The position numbers and the translations under genes were made by a program. Shown here one piece after another: positions 16,631-24,838 of a stretch of 64,000 nucleotides of DNA (position 1 is the stretch's first letter; each line of letters starts with the position of its first letter). Below the pieces are notes generated by a model. The model saw only the letters and a list, made by a program, of their open reading frames with translations. It had not been told where the DNA came from and did not search any database. Source of the DNA: Mycobacterium phage prophiT46-2; the sequence record OQ417970.1; one strand, given 5' to 3'.

Positions 16631-17760
16631 CGACCCGCGAGTACGCCAAAAACCTGTTCGCCCAATGGTCCGACGACGACTTCTGCAACCAACCGATCTT
16701 CGACAAGCTGTTCTTCCAGGTCCTCAACGGGCAGCGCGCCGTCAATGCCGCCGGCATCCAGCCGATCAACTTCACCCGCTGGCGCAAGGCCATGCGCGAC
16801 GGCGAACACCTGCCCGCCGTGCGCGATCTGCAGGCTGCGCTGGTGCGCATGGAGCGCCGCGGTTTCGTGTTCACCGACGAGGACACGGGGGAGGTGCTGG
16901 TGCGGTCCCGGATCCGCCGCGACGAACTGGACAAGCAGCCCACCATGTTCCTGGCGGCGCTGCGCCTCCTGGCCGTCATCGACTCACCCAAGTTCGCCGC
17001 CGTGCTCGCCGACGAGCTCGACCGTATGGACGTCCCGGAGGTGAAGGGGGACAAGGACTACGCCAAGCGTCTGCGCGACTCCCTCAATGACACCCATAGG
17101 GCCGCCCGCCTACACCTCAAGACCCTGGCCGACGGATACCCGCAGCCGTTCCCCGAACCGTTCGACGGACTCACCGAGGGACCCTCCCAGGGACCCACCC
17201 CTAGACCCTCTACGGGCCCCTCCGAAGGACCCACCTCGGGAGGGTCTACGGGACCCACCCCGCGACCTGGGGAAACAGGACCCACCCCGGGACCCTCCCC
17301 GAGACCCACCCAGGGACCCTCGGGTTCTGGTTCAGGTTCAGGTTCTCTCACCTTGGTAACTACTCAAGTGGGGGGTACGCGTGCGCGCGCACACGAGACC
17401 GCCGAACCCACACCAGCACCAGACGAACCCCCCACACGATGCAAAGCCCACCGCGACTACCCCGACGCCATCGAGGACAACTGCGGCCCCTGCGCCAACT
17501 TCCGCAAGGCACACGAACGCTGGACCGAACACCAAACACGCGCCCAAGCCCAAGCCAGGGCCGACGCCCTCCACCAAGCCGCCCAACTCCGCGCCCACGC
17601 CATCGCCACCTGCGACCTCTGCGACCCAGACGGCTACCTCCCCGGCACCAGCACCGTCTGCAACCACAACCCCACCCAAGCCGAAACCAACGCCCGCGGA
17701 CGCCAACTCGTCCACGCCGCACTCCGCAGCCGAACCCAGCAGGAGACCGACGATGCGTGA
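16627..17760 (+). CDS. hypothetical early protein with a central (G/S)PTPRP low-complexity repeat linker and a C-terminal Cys motif
   Basis: 377 aa; repeats GPTPRPSTGPSEGPTSGGSTGPTPRPGETGPTPGPSPRPTQGPSGSGSGSGS encoded by DNA tandem repeats around 17160-17340; C-terminal CDLCDPDGYLPGTSTVCNH. Confidence 0.55.
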   Translation: MTTREYAKNLFAQWSDDDFCNQPIFDKLFFQVLNGQRAVNAAGIQPINFTRWRKAMRDGEHLPAVRDLQAALVRMERRGFVFTDEDTGEVLVRSRIRRDELDKQPTMFLAALRLLAVIDSPKFAAVLADELDRMDVPEVKGDKDYAKRLRDSLNDTHRAARLHLKTLADGYPQPFPEPFDGLTEGPSQGPTPRPSTGPSEGPTSGGSTGPTPRPGETGPTPGPSPRPTQGPSGSGSGSGSLTLVTTQVGGTRARAHETAEPTPAPDEPPTRCKAHRDYPDAIEDNCGPCANFRKAHERWTEHQTRAQAQARADALHQAAQLRAHAIATCDLCDPDGYLPGTSTVCNHNPTQAETNARGRQLVHAALRSRTQQETDDA

Positions 17761-18037
17761 CCCCTACGACCCCTGGGCCGACGAACGCACACAAGCCCAA
17801 CCCGACCTCACCGACATCGCCCAAGCCGAAGCCATAAGCGCCTGCCAGCTCTGCGACACCCACGGCCACCGAGATGGACTCCCATGCCGCCACATCGACC
17901 ACGCCGCAGCCGCCAAACGAGGACTCGCCACCATCCGCGCCCAAATGGGCTGGAACACCCCCACAGGCACAACCACCCCACAAACCAGCCAAAAACCGCC
18001 CCACGACGCCACCAGCAGCCAAAAAACACGCCTGTAA
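17753..18037 (+). CDS. small protein carrying a second copy of the CxLCDxxG ... C..H motif
   Basis: ATG 17753 overlapping the upstream stop; CQLCDTHGHRDGLPCRHIDH. Confidence 0.4.
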   Translation: MRDPYDPWADERTQAQPDLTDIAQAEAISACQLCDTHGHRDGLPCRHIDHAAAAKRGLATIRAQMGWNTPTGTTTPQTSQKPPHDATSSQKTRL

Positions 18038-18123
18038 CTCACCCCCACCACCCAAAAACCCCGAACCATCAACCATCCAGCCCAAACCCCAGCCAGCACC
18101 CCCAACAAAGAAAATCCACCACC

Positions 18124-18612
18124 ATGCCGCCAGTCATGAACCGCCAAGGCTCAAACCAACGCGCCGAAAAAGCCTGGCAGCTCCACATCGCCGGACGCAC
18201 ATGGCGCGAAGTCGCCGAGGTCACAGGCTTCAAATCGCCCCAATCGGCCCAGAAAGCCGCCATGGCATGGCTCAAGAAGAACCCGCCGTCCACCCTCGAA
18301 ATCGCGCGCCGCGCGAACGGTGACGGCATCCGCCAGGTTCGCGGAATGCTGATGGAGACCATGGCGAAGGCCAAGGCCAAGGGGGAGCACCGCACCGTTT
18401 CTGAGCTGGGCCGCGCCGTGCTCGACAGCTACGAGAAGGAGGCGAAGCTGTGGGGTCTGTTCGTCGTTGTGCCTGAGGAAGTCAACGTGAACGTTACGAC
18501 CGCTGTGGCGGTGCTGGAGCGAGCGGAGGCCGAGCTACTGGCACTGGCTGCGGCCGGCCAGCCCGCGATCTCGGCGCAGCCCGTCATCGACGCCGAGGTG
18601 GTCGAGCCGTGA
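18124..18612 (+). CDS. HTH DNA-binding protein (possible small-terminase-like or regulator)
   Basis: AWQLHIAGRTWREVAEVTGFKSPQSAQKAA HTH-like segment; 162 aa. Confidence 0.45.
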   Translation: MPPVMNRQGSNQRAEKAWQLHIAGRTWREVAEVTGFKSPQSAQKAAMAWLKKNPPSTLEIARRANGDGIRQVRGMLMETMAKAKAKGEHRTVSELGRAVLDSYEKEAKLWGLFVVVPEEVNVNVTTAVAVLERAEAELLALAAAGQPAISAQPVIDAEVVEP

Positions 18613-18953
18613 CCGCCCCGACCGAGCCCGTGCAGGACGCGATCAAGGCGGCGATGTTGGTCGCCAAGGATGTGGCTGAGGGACGGCTGGACCCGGCCGC
18701 GTTGAACGCCGCGGTGGTGGCCGAGTGCCGCGAGCTGTTCGCGTTCGTCGCCGGCCAGGGAGATCCGTTGTGGGACATCCACGTCGAGGTGACCCGCCAG
18801 GTGCTCGCCCTCGATGGCATCCCGGTCGACGAGCTGGCCGAGTGGCTGGCCGTGACACGCCGCGCGCAGGGCGTCGAAGCGCCGGCCGATTCGTGGATGG
18901 CGCGCGTACTGGAGCAGCTGGCCGACGAGGACGACGAGGCCGAGCCAGTCTAA
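18609..18953 (+). CDS. hypothetical acidic protein
   Basis: 114 aa; GTGA overlap. Confidence 0.5.
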   Translation: MTAPTEPVQDAIKAAMLVAKDVAEGRLDPAALNAAVVAECRELFAFVAGQGDPLWDIHVEVTRQVLALDGIPVDELAEWLAVTRRAQGVEAPADSWMARVLEQLADEDDEAEPV

Positions 18954-18984
18954 CTGGGGTATACCCGTGCCAAACAGATTGAAG

Positions 18985-19070
18985 AATCGGCGATATCAGC
19001 GGTGAAATGCGTAAATACAGTCTAACAAGAGTGGTTGACTAATTGTTAGACAAGGTTCTAATGTGGTCTA
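18985..19070. promoter_or_regulatory. AT-rich promoter with overlapping inverted repeats: TTGACT-18bp-TAATGT, IR GTCTAACAA/TTGTTAGAC (19011-19042), IR GGTTCTA/TAGAACC (19045-19066)
   Basis: About 140-bp low-GC intergenic region directly upstream of the 19097 operon; palindromes overlap the -35/-10-like hexamers. Confidence 0.55.
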
Positions 19071-19096
19071 GAACCTAGTTAGAAACGGAGAACTTC

Positions 19097-19336
19097 ATGA
19101 CCACCGCCACGAAAACCACCGGATACCTCACCAGCTTCACGACGACCTACCAGATCGAAGGCGTCACCGAAGCCCAGGCCGCACGGATCGCCGCCGCTGT
19201 CCAAACCGCCCTCCAGGGCGCTCTCACCGACCTCGCCAACGAAGAGGCCACCACTGCCGCCACGGCAAACGCCAGAGTGCTCGCGGTCCGCGTGGAGCGC
19301 CACGGTGCGCTGGTCGAGGAATACGAGGCCCGATGA
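19097..19336 (+). CDS. hypothetical protein (Thr/Ala-rich)
   Basis: 79 aa, SD GGAG 15 nt upstream. Confidence 0.5.
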   Translation: MTTATKTTGYLTSFTTTYQIEGVTEAQAARIAAAVQTALQGALTDLANEEATTAATANARVLAVRVERHGALVEEYEAR

Positions 19337-19698
19337 GCGCCAGCGACAAGCTGCAAGCCGCGATCAATACCCGCACCACGCCGCAACTGCTGTCCTACAT
19401 GGCCCACCTCGAGACCATGACCGCCACGTCAGAGACCCGCCTCCTCGGCGCCCTAATCGCCGACACCATCACCGAACGGGAGGGCATCGACGACGCCCTG
19501 GATGACGTGTTCGCAGACGAGACGTTCACCGGCACCTACCTCGACGCGATCCGTATCGCGCTGACCGACCGACGAGTCAAGCACCGGCACAGCGGCGCCG
19601 AAGGCATGTTGCTCAACGACCGTCACCGGCCCATCGCGCTCGTCCACTGGGACGGCGACCCACTACCCACCTGGGCCGACTGGTCCGACCTCGTATAA
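19333..19698 (+). CDS. hypothetical protein
   Basis: 121 aa, ATGA overlap. Confidence 0.5.
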   Translation: MSASDKLQAAINTRTTPQLLSYMAHLETMTATSETRLLGALIADTITEREGIDDALDDVFADETFTGTYLDAIRIALTDRRVKHRHSGAEGMLLNDRHRPIALVHWDGDPLPTWADWSDLV

Positions 19699-19720
19699 CC
19701 CACCCACCGAAAGGAAATCA

Positions 19721-19939
19721 ATGCTCACCGTTGCTCAACGCGCCCTGTTCGGCGTCGGCCTGCTCGTCGGGGCTGCCCTCGGAATCCCCGCGGGCACCGT
19801 GATGGCGGCCAGCGTGTCGGCCGAACTACTCACGGCCTGCGCCGAGGAAGACGGCAACCCCGACGGTCAGCCCTGCACATGGACGGACCCCGACACGGGC
19901 CGCGCGTTCTTCGTTGACTCCGCCAACTACCGAGGATGA
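19721..19939 (+). CDS. small secreted/membrane protein
   Basis: N-terminal hydrophobic LFGVGLLVGAALGIPAGTVMAASV; 72 aa. Confidence 0.45.
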   Translation: MLTVAQRALFGVGLLVGAALGIPAGTVMAASVSAELLTACAEEDGNPDGQPCTWTDPDTGRAFFVDSANYRG

Positions 19940-19946
19940 TGTCCCG

Positions 19947-20153
19947 ATGAGCGATCACAGCTCGCCGCAAGCCGCTCCCACCGAGGGGGCGGCTTCGCCG
20001 CGTTTCATGCGCCAGCTGGTCATTTGCCATCCAGAAATCTGGGCCGCGCTTGAACGGTGGGCCGCCGACCACGCCTCGGTGTTCTTCGAGATCCCCACGG
20101 GCGCTGACGGCATCCCGACGTACGGCTTCGGCGTTCGACTGGAGCAGCCATGA
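19947..20153 (+). CDS. hypothetical protein (alternative start 19914)
   Basis: ORF ending with an ATGA overlap into the recombinase gene. Confidence 0.4.
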   Translation: MSDHSSPQAAPTEGAASPRFMRQLVICHPEIWAALERWAADHASVFFEIPTGADGIPTYGFGVRLEQP

Positions 20154-20716
20154 CGGGGCAGCAGGTCGGCTACGTCCGGGTGTCGACCCTCGATCAGAAC
20201 ACCGAACGTCAGCTCGACGGCATCGAGGTTGATAAGCGGTTCGAGGACAAGGCCAGCGGCAAGGACACCGCCAGGCCGGCGCTCACCGAGGCGCTCGGTT
20301 ACGTACGTGAGGGCGACACTCTGGTGGTTCACTCGATGGATCGGCTGGCGCGGTCGCTGGAGGATCTACGGCGCACTGTGCGGGAGTTGACCGCTCGGGG
20401 TGTGCGGGTCCACTTCGTCAAGGAGAATCTGACGTTCACGGGCGACGATTCGCCGATGTCCACGCTGCTGCTGTCGATGCTGGGCGCGGTGGCTGAGTTC
20501 GAGCGTTCGATGATCCGGGAGCGACAGCGTGAAGGCATCGAACTCGCGAAAGCCAAGGGCGTGTACAAGGGCCGCAAGCCGGCGCTGACGGATGAGCAGA
20601 CCGCCGCGGTGTTGGAGCGGCTGGCCGGCGGCGAGCACCCAGCCGATTTAGCGCGCGAGTTCGGGGTATCGCGGGCGACGGTCTACAACGTACGGGCACG
20701 AGCTTTGGAGAGCTAG
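20150..20716 (+). CDS. small serine recombinase (resolvase/invertase family) with C-terminal HTH
   Basis: GYVRVSTLDQNTERQ catalytic-serine motif, resolvase core, C-terminal HTH LAREFGVSRATVYNV; 188 aa. Confidence 0.85.
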   Translation: MTGQQVGYVRVSTLDQNTERQLDGIEVDKRFEDKASGKDTARPALTEALGYVREGDTLVVHSMDRLARSLEDLRRTVRELTARGVRVHFVKENLTFTGDDSPMSTLLLSMLGAVAEFERSMIRERQREGIELAKAKGVYKGRKPALTDEQTAAVLERLAGGEHPADLAREFGVSRATVYNVRARALES

Positions 20717-20991
20717 ATGGCAGGCGGTTGGTGGAGGGCCTCGACGCGCTCCCATTTAGCGCCTACCCTCTGCGCGCCTGGCGGATGCCCTTCGTCGGTG
20801 GTCAGCAATACCCACTTTCCCCGCGGGAGAAAGTATGACCGCTGGGCAGCTTGGTCCCAGATTCCGAGGACGCCGCCGGGCAGGATGGCGAATGCGTCGT
20901 CGTTGTTGTAATCCTCGAACGGTTCGGCACCGTCTTGAGGGTCGGGTGCAGCGAACGTTGAACCCACGGGGTACGTCACTCTGAAGCTCAT
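20713..20991 (-). CDS. hypothetical protein
   Basis: 92-aa - strand ORF convergent with the recombinase; unusual orientation, could be spurious. Confidence 0.3.
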   Translation of the reverse strand: MSFRVTYPVGSTFAAPDPQDGAEPFEDYNNDDAFAILPGGVLGIWDQAAQRSYFLPRGKWVLLTTDEGHPPGAQRVGAKWERVEALHQPPAI

Positions 20992-21061
20992 GCGCTGACC
21001 TTAGCTGGGGACGTTACGATTCGCTCCGCCGTGGCGGCTCCGCACTAGTTACGCTGAGCGT

Positions 21062-21640
21062 GTGACTACGAACTATACCCAGGCGACGGTGACTTTCTCA
21101 GACGGCCGCACGCGTGAATTCACCGCCGTGGAGGTGCTTGACAACCAGACGCTGGTGGCCTCTGTTCGTCGTGAGATCACTCCGACTCCGCCCGCGGGTG
21201 CGGACCCGGCGCAGTGCAAGTGGGAGGGGGCCCCGGCGGTGGTCGTCGACATGGAGCATTTCGCGGCGCATGAATGGCGCTCAATTTCCCAGCCGCCTAA
21301 GTCCGTTCTTTGCGCGGTGGTGCGTGACGCGAAAAATTCGTCCAAGGTGTTGTCGCTTCATGTGGTGGAGTCGAGCGTTGGACATGACACGGACGTGCCC
21401 GATCTGATGCGCGCTTGGCTGGTGGATCGCGACCATAATTTCCATGCCTATTACGGGAACATCCGTGACGAGAGGTTTGAGCGCACCGGTCTGGTGCCGG
21501 CGGGGCGCGAGAAGGCACTCGCTGCCGGCTATCTGATCAAGGGTGTGGGGCGTGATGAGGTGCGAAAGGTGAAGTTCTCGTTGGAGACTCCGACGAAGGA
21601 AGAGCCGCAACCTCTTCAGGGTTTCAAGTTCAACGCCTAG
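21062..21640 (+). CDS. hypothetical protein
   Basis: 192-aa ORF; no motif recognised. Confidence 0.5.
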   Translation: MTTNYTQATVTFSDGRTREFTAVEVLDNQTLVASVRREITPTPPAGADPAQCKWEGAPAVVVDMEHFAAHEWRSISQPPKSVLCAVVRDAKNSSKVLSLHVVESSVGHDTDVPDLMRAWLVDRDHNFHAYYGNIRDERFERTGLVPAGREKALAAGYLIKGVGRDEVRKVKFSLETPTKEEPQPLQGFKFNA

Positions 21641-21751
21641 TCGTCGACGAGTGATGTGTCCGGCGAGTTTTCGAGTTTTGATCTTGTTACTCGGGAACAG
21701 CGGCTAACGTTACGCAGCCCCGGCAGGGAGCTGGGGGGAGAGGGGTGATGG

Positions 21752-21904
21752 ATGCCTGATAGCGATCTGACGAAAGAGACTCGGCAGGCGTTGTTGTCGG
21801 CGATCAAGGAAATGGCTCCGAATGCGACGGCATCGGGATTGCATGAATTGGCCTCGGCGTTCGCCTTGACAGTTGGTGCATATCCTCAGCAGTTGCCGGG
21901 GTAA
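21752..21904 (+). CDS. possible small ORF (50 aa)
   Basis: ATG preceded by the G-rich SD-like GGGGGGAGAGGGG; followed by the perfect hairpin at 21913-21955. Confidence 0.2.
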   Translation: MPDSDLTKETRQALLSAIKEMAPNATASGLHELASAFALTVGAYPQQLPG

Positions 21905-21912
21905 GTCCTAAC

Positions 21913-21955
21913 GATCGCGAGCGGCGCAAGAGGATTCGTTGGCCGCTCGCGATCC
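21913..21955. other. perfect 13-bp inverted repeat GATCGCGAGCGGC / GCCGCTCGCGATC with 17-nt loop (hairpin or protein-binding site)
   Basis: Exact inverted repeat read directly from the sequence, located between the small ORF and the secreted Q/P-rich protein gene. Confidence 0.5.
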
Positions 21956-22087
21956 TTATCCGAGGAGTAAGCGGCCACGTGAAGTGCGTCAGCAAGGCTA
22001 CCTTTTCGCAGGTCGCGCCCAGTTCGGTGGCAAAGAATCAAGATTGTTTTCTAGATCAGCTTTCACCCCAGCTCAGCGTGCTTTACA

Positions 22088-23542
22088 GTGTTCCCCATGG
22101 TCTCCGGGGACATCGATTCAGGCAACCATTACAAGGCATACTGGTGCCGTGTACTGCAACACCAGCCCAACAAGCCGGTAGTTCAGCGCGCACGTCAGCG
22201 CGTCCGTGCCGCACTGGTCGCGGTCGCAGTCCTCGCGGTTGGGGCTGGCACGGTTCAGGTCGCGACACTGCACACGGCGCCGGGCAGTGGCTTCTCCACG
22301 CTGGCGACGGTGGGCGCGGAACCGACCGGCCCGCCGGGACCGACCGGCGGCATGACCGACGGCGGGGGCTCTCAGTTCCAGCCTCCAGCGCAACCGCCGT
22401 CAATGCCGGACTACCAGGGTGGCAACAACTTACCGCCTCTGGATCAGAACTCGGGCATCTCAATTTACAATTCCGGCAATCCGCAAGCACCGCAGCAGGT
22501 TCCGGGTCAGCAGGGCGGGCAGCAGCCGCAGCAGAGCTGGGATCAGCCCGCGCACGGAACCCAGATGCCCAATTACTCCACGGCGCCGGGGTACACCCAG
22601 GGGCCGGGAAAGCCGAACCCTGATTATCAAGCGCCGCAGCAGAGTTCACCGCAGCAGGGTCAGCAGTCCCCGCAGCAAGGGCAGCAGCAGTCTCCGCAAC
22701 AGAATCAAGAGCAGCAGCAGAACCAGCCGGAGCAACAGCAGCAGGAGCAGCAGGACCAGGGTGATCAGCAGCGGCAGCAGCGCTGCGAGGCGATGTCGCA
22801 ACAGTTGGACCAGATCACCGAGACCGCCGGGCAGGTCGCCGATGTTGTTCAGCAGGTCGGTGATGCGGCCGAGGTCGTGCTGCCCAAGGGCGGTGGTGGA
22901 TCGCTGGGCCCTGACGGTGAACGTTCGCCGGGCCGCGTACCAGTTCAACCGCTCGAGTGTGGTGACTGCCCGCCAGATCGGAAGCCACAGAATCCGTTCT
23001 GCAAGCTCTTCCCCAATGCAGGCGTCAAGCAGACGTGCGAGGGCTTCATCGACGACTGGATGGAGAACTTCAAAGACTCATGCGAGCCCGGCAAGCCGAA
23101 TTGCAAGGGCAAGGTTCCGATCTGCTATCCACGAGACGTGACCAATCCTTCCGACGCCATGAAGAAGAGTATGCAAGATTATATTGACGGCGGAAATAAA
23201 CTCATCAGGGATAATGAAAAACTCGGTGGTCAAGTCATCAAACGTTCAACCAACGGTTTGAGCGGCAGACGTGAGGCCGATAAAAAGCTGGCCAATTTGA
23301 GATATGGCGAGAAAGCGTTTGACGGTAAGGCGTACGGTCATATACCGGACCTGACATGGATGGGAACAATCCTTGATGAACGTGATGTCATTCCGTTCGA
23401 CAAGGACCTCAATTCCTCTATAGGCGGTCAGTCCAATAGATTCAAGACCGATTTTCAAGCTACAGAGTTTGTCGTCGGGTACTGGGGCTCCGTGGTCGGT
23501 TCCAAGAACACGCAATGCCTCGCGCCCGAGGCGGTCGCGTGA
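22088..23542 (+). CDS. secreted Gln/Pro-rich protein with a Cys-rich middle region and a low-GC C-terminal domain of unknown function (candidate secreted effector or polymorphic toxin)
   Basis: Signal-like RARQRVRAALVAVAVLAVGAGTVQVATLHTA; long Q/P low-complexity tract (CAG-rich DNA 22600-22800); 10 Cys between 22780 and 23130; the last third of the gene drops to roughly 40-50% GC. Confidence 0.6.
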   Translation: MFPMVSGDIDSGNHYKAYWCRVLQHQPNKPVVQRARQRVRAALVAVAVLAVGAGTVQVATLHTAPGSGFSTLATVGAEPTGPPGPTGGMTDGGGSQFQPPAQPPSMPDYQGGNNLPPLDQNSGISIYNSGNPQAPQQVPGQQGGQQPQQSWDQPAHGTQMPNYSTAPGYTQGPGKPNPDYQAPQQSSPQQGQQSPQQGQQQSPQQNQEQQQNQPEQQQQEQQDQGDQQRQQRCEAMSQQLDQITETAGQVADVVQQVGDAAEVVLPKGGGGSLGPDGERSPGRVPVQPLECGDCPPDRKPQNPFCKLFPNAGVKQTCEGFIDDWMENFKDSCEPGKPNCKGKVPICYPRDVTNPSDAMKKSMQDYIDGGNKLIRDNEKLGGQVIKRSTNGLSGRREADKKLANLRYGEKAFDGKAYGHIPDLTWMGTILDERDVIPFDKDLNSSIGGQSNRFKTDFQATEFVVGYWGSVVGSKNTQCLAPEAVA

Positions 23543-23544
23543 AA

Positions 23545-24060
23545 ATCATGCCTTCAATCAGAGAGAAACTAGGTGGACGCACACGCTTCGCCGCTGTCGC
23601 GCTGGCCTGGGTAGCAACGATTGCCATCGCATCACTGGTGACCTACGTTCTGTGTATGCAGCACCCGAGTGCCACATCCGAGAAATACGACGCTGAAGTT
23701 CGTGCGGTGATCGAGGAGTACATCGACGCCATAAACAGGAGTGATCTTGCGCGTATCGAAGCTCTTTCGACCGGCACGGCAGAAGAGCAGCTAAACCCGC
23801 AATTCAAGGGTGGATACGTCCGCATTATGGCACTAAAGATTGAAGACCACGGCCCGATGCATATTCACGATTTCAGCATTCTGGCACGGGGCGACCTTGT
23901 CTATGATGCGCTCGTCTATACCGAGTTCGAGGACCAGAAAAACCCGAAACCCGAAGACATCTACTACTACACCGGGTCACGAGTTCGGTACAGCATGTAC
24001 AGGCTCAACGGACAATGGAAAGTCATGAGTGTCGAGACATTCAGGGCCGACGCCAAGTGA
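23545..24060 (+). CDS. membrane-anchored NTF2/SnoaL-like protein (low-GC gene; candidate immunity or accessory partner)
   Basis: N-terminal TM FAAVALAWVATIAIASLVTYVLC; NTF2-like pattern (IEEYIDAINRSDLARIEAL ... YRLNGQWKV); AT-rich relative to the surrounding genome. Confidence 0.5.
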   Translation: MMPSIREKLGGRTRFAAVALAWVATIAIASLVTYVLCMQHPSATSEKYDAEVRAVIEEYIDAINRSDLARIEALSTGTAEEQLNPQFKGGYVRIMALKIEDHGPMHIHDFSILARGDLVYDALVYTEFEDQKNPKPEDIYYYTGSRVRYSMYRLNGQWKVMSVETFRADAK

Positions 24061-24605
24061 ACCGAGCCAGCAGCACCGTGATTGTGGGGATAGCGGTTTC
24101 CGTGCTGACGCTGCCGGGCTGCCAGAGCGCCCAGCCGGCAGAGCCTCCCGGACCTAACTACGCGAAGATTCCTGGACAGTTCCCCGAACCCGCGACCACG
24201 ACGACAGCGGGAGCAGAGGACGCCCCGGTGGGCTCATGCGTCAAGATCACCGGGAAACGTACAAACGCGGAAATGGCGCTCACCAAGTGCGAATCCCCCG
24301 ACGCCACACACCGCATCGTTCAGAGGGTCGTAGAGCCCAAAGACTGTGTCCGCGACGTCGATCGGCGCTACTACCGAAACACCTCAGCTGGCGAATGGAC
24401 CGCATGCCTGGACCTGTACTGGGCCAACCCCGGCTGCCTGAGCATCACCGACGAAGCCACCCGCGCAGTCCCATGCAACGACACCACAGCTCCAAACCGA
24501 TTCCGCGCTACCAAACTGGTAGTCGGCGTATCGAATGGCGACATGTGCAAGGGATATGCACATCCGGTGCGTCGGTTCACTATCTGTACGGAAATGCAGA
24601 AGTAG
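24015..24605 (+). CDS. lipoprotein (lipobox LTLPGC); alternative start GTG 24078
   Basis: VIVGIAVSVLTLPGCQSAQ signal peptide plus lipobox; 8 Cys in the mature part. Confidence 0.55.
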   Translation: MESHECRDIQGRRQVNRASSTVIVGIAVSVLTLPGCQSAQPAEPPGPNYAKIPGQFPEPATTTTAGAEDAPVGSCVKITGKRTNAEMALTKCESPDATHRIVQRVVEPKDCVRDVDRRYYRNTSAGEWTACLDLYWANPGCLSITDEATRAVPCNDTTAPNRFRATKLVVGVSNGDMCKGYAHPVRRFTICTEMQK

Positions 24606-24838
24606 GGCGGCTTGGTCGTCAAACTGCTGAGCTTCGCTCGGGTGCTGTTTATTGTGGTGTGGGTGGTCGAAACGGGGCTGTGGCTGTTCACAGATACTTC
24701 ATTGTGGAGTGTTAACCAGTACCTGTTTCCGGCACTCATGCTGTGGGTTATCGCTGATGCCACCGTGAAAGCCGCGCGGTCGCAATAAGAGCCCTCGCTA
24801 CGAGATCCGTTTCATCGTCTGCTGCCAGACTGCGGCGC

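Noticed and set aside
17360-18085. 241-aa - strand ORF rich in Gly/Arg/Trp
   Set aside because: Antisense shadow of the Pro-rich-repeat gene; compositionally implausible protein
18955-19096. AT-rich region checked for a tRNA or small RNA gene
   Set aside because: No cloverleaf-compatible stems; features fit a promoter/operator instead
22600-22800. CAG/CAA-rich repetitive DNA considered as a possible repeat array or CRISPR-like structure
   Set aside because: It is in-frame coding for a poly-Q/P linker; no regular spacer-repeat organisation
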